A stretch of 64,000 nucleotides of DNA, taken from NCBI RefSeq assembly GCF_009914755.1, contig NC_060925.1. The stretch is one strand, 5' to 3'. The stretch's first letter is position 1. Each line of letters opens with the position of its first letter. A model generated the notes under the pieces. It had not been told where the DNA came from, searched no databases, and saw only the letters and a list, made by a program, of their open reading frames with translations. Made by a program: the position numbers and the translations under genes. This DNA is from the human T2T-CHM13v2.0 reference genome, Homo sapiens. This document shows positions 55,738 to 64,000 of this stretch, in pieces.

Positions 55738-55857
55738 GAGGCTTTGGAATGGGAAGCAAGTCAGCTGCCACCAGCCCAACCGGATCCTCGCATGGTACTC
55801 CCACCCATCAAAGCAAACCCCAGACTCTGGATCCTTTTGCCGACCTTGGGACACTAG
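55738..55857 (+). CDS. DNAJC6: DNAJC6 exon 15 (120 nt, phase 1-1): GGFGMGSKSAATSPTGSSHGTPTHQSKPQTLDPFADLGTL
   Basis: ccttttcag| acceptor; CTAG|gtacaa donor; DPF motif; hand-translated. Confidence 0.94.
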   Translation, partial: EALEWEASQLPPAQPDPRMVLPPIKANPRLWILLPTLGH

Positions 55858-58800
55858 GTACAAACTCAGAAGATCAAGATACAAATAACATTTATTTATA
55901 GCTATAAAGCCTCAAATCTCAGTCTTTGGTGTTACAGCAAGCTGGTATTGTCACCTGGAACCTCAAATAGTGTGTATTCTTAAGCTATCCTCTGAAACCT
56001 GAGATTGGCTTTTTAAAAAAGGAAAGCGATAATCAGATGTGGGGTTAGAAATCATCTTTATTGATTCATTTCTCCAGTGCCTAATTCTGGATGTGTAGCA
56101 TGAATAAAGTTAGAGCTTTCAGGGGCTCATGGCAACAGAGTTTGGCTGCGCAAAAGTAATGCGTAGGGAAACAGTATGAGACAGGGCTGGTCAGATGGAT
56201 TTGTGCCACATGATGCCAACCTTGCAGAACACTAACTGTGATGCGGTGATGTTACCTGTGAGATCTTCACACCGTTCCCCTTCTCTCCATTAACTGTGGT
56301 GCTCTCCGGTCAATTTGTAAAATTCTATACAGAAAATAGACTCAAGTATCGTATTTCCAGAATATTTTCACCATATGTTAATAGATGTTACAGGATAAGT
56401 GTTCTGAGAGCAGGTGAGATTGGGAAGCACTGGTTTCAGTGGATTTTGATTACCACTAAGAGGGACACAGTATCCAGAGTTCTCAAACTGATTTCACCAA
56501 GGAGCCTGTTTTCAAGGAGGGGTTCACTGGACTACTATGTTCTGAAACATTTTCTTCCTCCTTTTTCCTTCCTCCTCTAGGGCAGTGCAGATTTGTTAAA
56601 TAAGGGTGGGGTAGCCCTGACACAAAGGTTTATCTTGGCTATATTGATAGTCTGTGATCTCAGAAAGCCCTACTGAGGCATTTAGAGCCAGATGGAGGGA
56701 ATGTGAGCCTGGCTACCGTTGTTGTCTGTAACTAGTGTCAGCATCTTTATCTTCCATTCTGTACTATTTAGATGTTTTTCCCTTTTAAGAACTCTCAAAA
56801 TTATTTTATGCAGTCATTTTCTTCTCCACCTTTCTTTGTATCTTACTGAAAATTTCAAATTTTAAAGTAATATTATATCAGATGAAATTTTACTTCAATA
56901 AAATCTCATTTATTATTTATTTTTAATGCATTTAATGCATTGATTCATCCAACAAGTATTTAAGGCACTTTTGTGCCTTCTAGGTGCTAGGACTGTTTTA
57001 GTAAAAAAAATAACCAAACAAAACAAAACTCCTGCCTTAATAAAACTTACATTATAGAAGGGGAATCAAATAATAAATTAACAAATATATAATGTCAAAT
57101 AATGAAAACAATAAAAATAACAGTTAATAGTTATTGGGGCCTTACTATGTGCCAGGCACTACTTAAAGTGTTTTACATATATCATTTCATTTAATCTTCC
57201 TCATAATCTTTTGAAGTAGTGACTGTTATAATCCTCGTTTTACAGATGAGGAAACAGGGACACAACAGGTTAAGTAACATGCACAAATCACAAGCTTTCA
57301 ACACCAAGAAGTCTAGCTCTGGAGCTTGCACTCATAAAAGGTTTAGAGGTTGATGTAGCTGAGTGTGGGAAGGGGTATCAGTTCAGTTCATCCAGTCAAT
57401 GGTTTTCTACCCTTGAGCATTAATTCCCTCATTTCACAGGTATTTTTGAGTACTTATTATGTGGTAGGCATTCAGGATGTAATAAAGAATCAAAGCTGAT
57501 GATATTCCTGTTCTTTGAAACTTGCACTACAGTGGGAGGAAGAAACTTTAATCAAATGTAAAATATCCGCTACTGTAGGGGCTACACAAGATGGAGCATT
57601 TTTTAAAAAGCTCCCCAGGTAATTCTAATGCACAATCAAGGTTGAGAACTACTGCTTTGCTTTTAATGAGGACTGCAGTGGTCTCTGGATTTAGCTACCA
57701 CTTTGTATTTCTGTAAGTTCTCTGCTTCAATAGCATTAACAATTAGACTTGCTGAGCATGGGGAGAAAATATTCTAGAAGGGTAGACATCAGAGAGTCCT
57801 GCAATGTTGATGAGCCCCATGAGTGCGGGGTCAGCGTCTGCTTTTTCACCACTGTATCTGCAGCCTGGCATCTAGAGGATGCTCAGTAGTGTTTCCTAAA
57901 TTAATGAATAACTGGCAGTGTGGTAGGCATATGGCAAGGTTTTCTTAGTTCTTTAGGCTTTTCTGTATTTACCAAATTTTAAAATAAAAAAAACACATAT
58001 GTTCAGAACAGAGTAAGCTTCCTTAAATATAAAATGAAACCCCAGTGTAGAATGAATACCAAGTTTTAGGTGTATGTTCCCGTGCTATTGGCAGGAGGGC
58101 TCTGGGACATAGGAAGAAGGAATTCATGCTGCTAGTTATGGAATGAGTGGGGCAATGCCAAGCTTGAAGACAAGCCCTGTCATTACATTTTCCTATCACC
58201 AAGTGTTTATTGAGCCCTGAAGATGTACCAGGCATGTGCTTATTAGCATATGAGCTTACATTATTTTATAATATATAACGTCTCTTTGTTTGCTTAATTG
58301 TGTAATACTTTCCTATAGTTGTTGTGTCTTTACAGTATACCTGTGATATAGACATAGTTTTGATTAAACAGATGAAGAAACTCAGGCTCAAAGGAGTGAG
58401 TTTTTTTTACCCAGCTTTAGAAGAGCAAAGATTCTCTATATCCTGTTTTCAGCTATATTCTTAGTGCCCAGCATAGTACATGACACTTGGTAATGCTCAT
58501 CAAATAGTGGTGAATTAGTGTATATATGTATGAATGAATGAAGAACGAATGCAAGAATGAATGACAGAGCTGAGACTCAAACTCAGATTGATGGTAAGTC
58601 CAGTGATCATGATGCATTTCCAGCAGGGAAGGAAAGTGGAGCCCCAGGATCAGAATAGGGAAAGTATCTATAGAAAGAAGAGATAGTAAGGGATGAGTTG
58701 TAGTGAAAGGCTTAGCAATTAGGAGAGGAATTAAGGATTACTGAGTGCAGTAAATGAACATGACATTTGGAGGTAGGATGCACATAGTCTAATCCCAGCT

Positions 58801-59846
58801 CCATTAATTGGCTGTGTGATCATGAGTATATCAGGAAACCTCTCTGAGCCTTAATTTCCTTATTTTTAAAGTGGAGCCAGTGATACTACTTACTTCCTAA
58901 GAGTGTTGTGTAGATCTGAGCAGTAATGTACATAAACACATTTTGTTAACTCTAAAGAGCTATATAAATATTAGTTATTTTATTATTGTTACTTTAGACT
59001 TATTACATGAAAGGGTCTTTGGACATCAGCACATTTCAGTTTTCTCATTTTACCTCTTTAAATGCAAGCCACAGCTGGTTTTCATATTTTGGACATAGCC
59101 CAGCTTGTATGCAATGAGTGCTTAAAAGTTTGGAGATTATGGAATCAAGATTCTACTTAAATTCCTGGCACAAAATAACATCATTTTCAAAGCTTGAATA
59201 AGATCCTTTGTCCTGTTTAAAGTTATCAGAATGTTGACTGTTTTTGCTCTCCTTCAGTGAAATGCAAGTAGTATGAAGTTAAAACCTACTTGTGAAATTT
59301 CAAAACATCTTTATTTACTCTTGGGCACTAACCATGCTTTATAACAAAAAATGATGAATCCTAATAATTGAAGTTTAAGTAGCACCTTAATGAGTGGACT
59401 GTTTTATTCCCCATTCTTGTCATTTGGTGGTTTTTTTTAAATTTTATTCTAGTGAAGAAACAGAATCTGCTCAGAAGATGGAAGGGTGGGGAAGGATGGC
59501 ACAGTGGGAAGAGCCAGGGTTCTTTTGACCTGGAGGCAAAGATCCAGAATCAAGTCTCGGCTCAGCTACTTGCTGTGTGCCTCTGAGAAAAATCACTTAA
59601 CTGCTCTGACCTGCAGTTTGTTCATCTGAAGGAAAAATGAGGCCATTAAAACATACCTAGAAATGTTATTGTGGGGATGAAGGAAATAATATGTATGCCT
59701 GCAATTGCTTTATCTATATTAGGAAGATTACTTATGCTGTCAGTCAAGGGAATGACTATTAAAGCCACTGCAAACAGTGTCTTAAGACACAAGAGTTAGA
59801 GGCCACTCAAAATAGTTTTACCTTCTTTATCTCTTTTTTTCTTTAG

Positions 59847-60110
59847 GTAGTTCTTCCTTTGCCAGCAAACCCACCACACCAACTGGATTGGGTGGAGGAT
59901 TCCCGCCTCTCAGCTCGCCACAGAAGGCGTCTCCCCAGCCTATGGGTGGCGGGTGGCAGCAGGGAGGTGCCTACAACTGGCAGCAGCCACAGCCTAAGCC
60001 TCAGCCCAGCATGCCCCACTCCTCTCCCCAGAACCGACCCAACTACAACGTGAGCTTCTCAGCCATGCCTGGGGGCCAGAACGAACGTGGGAAAGGATCA
60101 AGTAATTTGG
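59847..60110 (+). CDS. DNAJC6: DNAJC6 exon 16 (264 nt, phase 1-1): GSSSFASKPTTPTGLGGGFPPLSSPQK...YNWQQPQPKP...RPNYNVSFSAMPGGQNERGKGSSNL
   Basis: ttttctttag| acceptor; TTGG|gtaagg donor; overlaps ORF 59888..60172. Confidence 0.95.
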
Positions 60111-60970
60111 GTAAGGATAATGGTATGGGACCTAGCTATGGGGCAGCCTGTCTATGTTGTCATACTGCCTGAATGTGTCTCTCTGAAGGTGACAGTATTT
60201 TCTGGGTAGTTTCAATTCAGTAGTTTCTGAGGGAATCTTATAGTTGTAGAGATAAAACATGATTCCTACCCCCAACGCTGTACCTGGAGGCTCCTAGGTT
60301 GACTATGCTCCTAACTTTTATACCATTTTGTGACCGTGGGCTCACTTGGCTGTTTATCTCCAGACTGGAACCAGATGGAGGGCAGGGACTGTGTCTTAGT
60401 TGCCATGGTATCATTAGCACCTAGCATAGTGCTTGGCATAGGGTAGGCACTAAATGAATGTTGAAGGGATATGAGTGGAGAGGTAGATGGATCTTAAAGC
60501 TGTTATTCCTTTGGAAGAGGAAGTGGAAGAAAAAGTTGGGGAATCTTTCAAGCACATTGGTCATATTTGCCCTTTGGTCCCAGTTGGTGGACTGCATGTG
60601 TCTTGGAAAACTTGGTCTTTCTTATGCTCTGCTTGGTGGATTCCTGAGATCAGCGGGGTACCTATGATGGTGCCAACACCTGAGGCTGGAGGATACTCTG
60701 GATAGGATCTTGACAATGAATGAAAAGTAATATTTTTGCATAGGAAGGATGGTTAGATTTGAGTTTATTAAAAGCCTATTTTGGTACATTTTATATTTCA
60801 GCTGATTTTGTCAGACCCTCCAATGAAGTACATAGGAACATGGTGAGGGAAGAGGCCTTTCTCTCTATGGAACATGGAAAGGCAATTCTTATGCTCTTCC
60901 TAATAGCTGTAGCTAACATTTATTGAGTCCTTACTGTATGGCAGGTGCTATCCTAAGCATTTTTCATGTA

Positions 60971-61337
60971 CAGGCATCCCCCTTTATTTGTGGTTTTATT
61001 TGCAGTTTCAGTTACCTGAGGTCAACTGCAGTCTGAAAATATTAAATGGAAAATTCCAGGAATAAGCAATTCATACATTTCAAATTGTGCACTATTATGA
61101 GTAGCGTGATGAAACCTCGCACTGTCTTACTCCATCCTGCCTAGGATGTGAAGCATCCCTCTGTCTAGCACATCTATGTTGTATTCTCTACCCACCCATT
61201 ACTTACTTAGTAGCCATCTCGGTTATCAGATCAAAAAAAAGAGTACTGTATATATAGGGTCTGGTACTATCTGCAGTTTTAGGTGTCCACTGGGGGTCTT
61301 GGAACATACCGCCTGTGAATAAGTGGAGGGACTCCTG
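60971..61337. mobile_element. MER47A-like Tigger MITE inserted in a MIR (about 60900-61500)
   Basis: TA|cagg...cctg|TA ends; internal ggtcaactgcagtctgaaaatattaaatggaaaattccag. Confidence 0.82.
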
Positions 61338-61889
61338 TATTATTTCTTATAATCTTCAAAACCAACCGCATATCATAGGAAGCTGTGACACAGATCGATG
61401 AAGTAATTTCCTAAGTTTATACAGCTTATAAGCGACAGAGCCAGGATTCGAACCCTGGCAATCTGGCTCCAGAACCCCTGCCCTTCATTGCTACCCTCTA
61501 CTGGCTAGAACACAGGTGCTCACAACACCAGCATGTTAGGAATTCAGTTGTCGGGGATATGTAACATCATGTTTGTTCTTGACTAGCAGGGATATTTCCT
61601 GGACAATTCCATAGAGTCATGCCAATTCCCCTCCATTTTTGAGTAGATAGATGTGGGGCGAGTGACTTCAATCAGCAAATACTTATGGAGCATCTTCAGT
61701 GTAGAAAACATTGAGGATGCAGCAGGGAACAAGAAACAAAATCCCTAGTTTCAGAGCACTTACATTTCAGTGTGTGCAAAAACAGGTATGTGTATGTCTT
61801 ACAGTATAGAGATAGCAAATGGTTTTCAACTCAAAAACTGATTTTGGTTGATTTGAATCGACTGTATGGACTGTTATGTTTTGGTTCTA

Positions 61890-62150
61890 TTTTGTTTTAA
61901 CAAGCATTTAGATAGCCAGGCACTGTTCTAAGCATTTTAAATGTTAACTAATTCATTTTCAAAACAAGTCCATAAGGTGAGTAATATTCCTAACACCATC
62001 CCCATTTTATGGATGAGGAAGTTGAGGAGTAGAGATAATAAGTAACTTGCCTAGATTACATCACTAATAAGTGGCAGAGCTGGAATGCAAACCCAGGGAG
62101 TTGGGGTCCAAAGTCTTTGTTCCTAGCCACCATGCTCGGCTGCCTCTCCA
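61890..62150 (-). mobile_element. MIR SINE
   Basis: gccaggcactgttctaagc...cccattttatggatgaggaagttgagg...aagtaacttgcc. Confidence 0.75.
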
Positions 62151-62617
62151 AACAAATTGAGAAAGATTAAGAGGCTACAACCAGACTTGGAGAGAAAGAG
62201 CAAAGTGATTGACTAAAATATCAACAGAATATGGGCAGAGAAGTGGTAGCATGCATGAATTTCAAGTACCAAACCGAGATCCCAGTGCCAACACTGATAT
62301 GAGTTAGTTATAATCTGGAGGGATAATGAGTATCCTCATCTAAAGAGAAGGTACAGTGGAAATGGAATTGGATTTGGCTTCATGATCCAGCCTCCAGTTT
62401 TAACCTTGCCACATATATGATTCTGGACAGGTTCATTTTCTTCATCTGTAGAATGGATGCAACAGTCTCTTACCCTACTCACAGGGTAAGCAAGCATGAG
62501 GGTTAAGGACTGAATGCATATTAAAAACACCTTGAAGACTCCAGATGCTGTGAGATAATGATACAGCATTATGTTTAAGAATGAAAACTGTAATGATTTT
62601 CAAAAATTATATTGCAG

Positions 62618-62760
62618 AAGGGAAACAAAAAGCAGCTGATTTTGAAGACCTACTCTCTGGTCAAGGTTTCAATGCTCACAAAGACAAAAAGGGGCCTCGG
62701 ACAATAGCTGAGATGAGAAAGGAGGAAATGGCCAAGGAAATGGATCCTGAGAAATTAAAG
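62618..62760 (+). CDS. DNAJC6: DNAJC6 exon 17 (143 nt, phase 1-0): EGKQKAADFEDLLSGQGFNAHKDKKGPRTIAEMRKEEMAKEMDPEKLK; pre-J-domain segment
   Basis: attgcag| acceptor; AAG|gtgagt donor; FEDLL and GPRTIAEMR motifs typical of auxilin/GAK. Confidence 0.96.
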
Positions 62761-62855
62761 GTGAGTGAGGCCCCTGACGCAGCTTGATTATCCTATATGA
62801 CAAAGTCATGTGATAAAGTCATGTGTATGGAGCTATCGCCATGAGAGTAACCTAT

Positions 62856-63225
62856 TGTCTTAGCCCATTCAGGCTGCTATAACAAAATACCATAAACTAG
62901 GTGGCTTATAAACAACAGGATTTTTTTTTTCTCATAGTTAATGAAGGCTGGGAAGTCCAAGATCAAGGTGCCAGCCATTTTGGTGTCTGGTGAGGGCCAT
63001 CTTCCTGGTTCATGGATGGTGGTCTTTTCCCTGTGTCCTCATAGGCAGAAGAAAGAGGTCTTGCTCAGGCCTCTTTCATAAGGACACTAATCCCATTTAT
63101 AAGAGGTCTGTCTCATGAACTAATCACCTCCCAATAGGAAGCCCTAACCTCCTAATACCATCACCTCTGGAGTTAGAATTTCAACATAGCAATTTTGGGG
63201 GGACACATACATTCAGACCATATCA
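62856..63225 (-). mobile_element. MST (B/C/D-like) MaLR solo LTR
   Basis: tgtcttagcccattcaggctgctataacaaaataccataa...cattcagaccatatca; perfect 5-bp TSD cctat at 62851-62855 and 63226-63230. Confidence 0.9.
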
Positions 63226-64000
63226 CCTATAAAAGGCATGATAGTAGATTTCTGGTGGCCACTCTATTTCATTTGGTCTTTGCAGCTGTGATTTGAGTAC
63301 AGCTGTGCCCTTTAATAGCAAAGTAGCTCTGAGGAGGTTGCACACACTGTTTACTTTCTTTAATAAAATAAATGTTATTCCATGATATGGCAATATAGAT
63401 TTCTTTTGTTTGCCTGTTCAAATGAGCAGTGGCACTTTCTAAGAGGTGATTTTGTTATTCAGATGGCATTCACATTCTAAAGATGAGTCATTAGAATTTG
63501 CTGGTAAGAAGAATGCATTATTTATGTTTTCTCTTTCTGCTTTGAGAGCTTTTTTATTAAACCAGATTGACTGAAGCCCCCAGGATCTTTTCTCTACCGA
63601 TAGAGAAATATTTATGTACCTGAGACTTACCAATTCCTGCAACATTAGACCTGGAGCTTTGGAAAGTAGAGGAGAGAAAGGCTGAGGGAAGTGTGGCTCC
63701 TGTCTTCCCCATTGTCTCCCTCTACTTTTAACCAAAGCAGTTCCACTTTTCTCTCTTTCTGATTCTGGAGGTTTAGGTAAAATTAGATTTGAGGTTTTTC
63801 CTCAAATCAAATCAACATACTTTTTTCCTCAAATCAACATACTGTTTTAGCATGTTTCAGCATTTTGTTTTTTTAAGTTTGCAATTCAGCGAATCTAACC
63901 CCTTTGTTTCACAGCTGAAAAAAAACCACATAACTTCATAGATGAAGATGTTGTATGGACAGGCGGATGCGGATTAGCTGGGAAACAGAGGGTGGTTCTG

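Noticed and set aside
62761-64000. J-domain (HPD) exons
   Set aside because: No ILEWIEGKE- or HPDK-coding sequence was found; these exons must lie beyond the window.

Overview
Primate, very likely human, genomic DNA lying wholly inside DNAJC6 (auxilin-1, PARK19) on the + strand. I traced 16 consecutive GT-AG coding exons from 18611 to 62760 (2441 nt). They splice into one open frame of about 814 codons and correspond to exons 2-17 of the 19-exon model as I recall it. They encode the N-terminus, the PTEN-like pseudophosphatase and C2 domains, the disordered clathrin/AP-2-binding region and the approach to the J domain. Exon 1 and the HPD-containing last exons lie outside the window. The rest is intronic and repeat-rich: 13 dimeric Alus plus one monomer, L1, L2, CR1/L3, MIR, MaLR solo LTRs, hAT and Tigger MITEs, and simple repeats. 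Almost all ORF-track entries are repeat-derived or chance ORFs. Main observations: (1) exons 2-4 (350 nt) have three sense Alus upstream and four antisense Alus downstream, the classic back-splicing layout. The circle would carry an AUG-initiated 129-aa ORF that wraps past the junction and ends in a novel 18-aa tail. (2) A roughly 80-bp twin-primed L1 insertion consists only of an inverted 3'UTR piece plus an A-tail, with a perfect 16-bp target-site duplication (TSD). (3) Two inverted Alus lie only about 53 nt apart. (4) Six consecutive phase-1 symmetric exons, of which exons 12-14 could form a stop-less circle. No prokaryotic-type system is present. Repeat subfamily calls are from memory of consensus sequences, not from a search.
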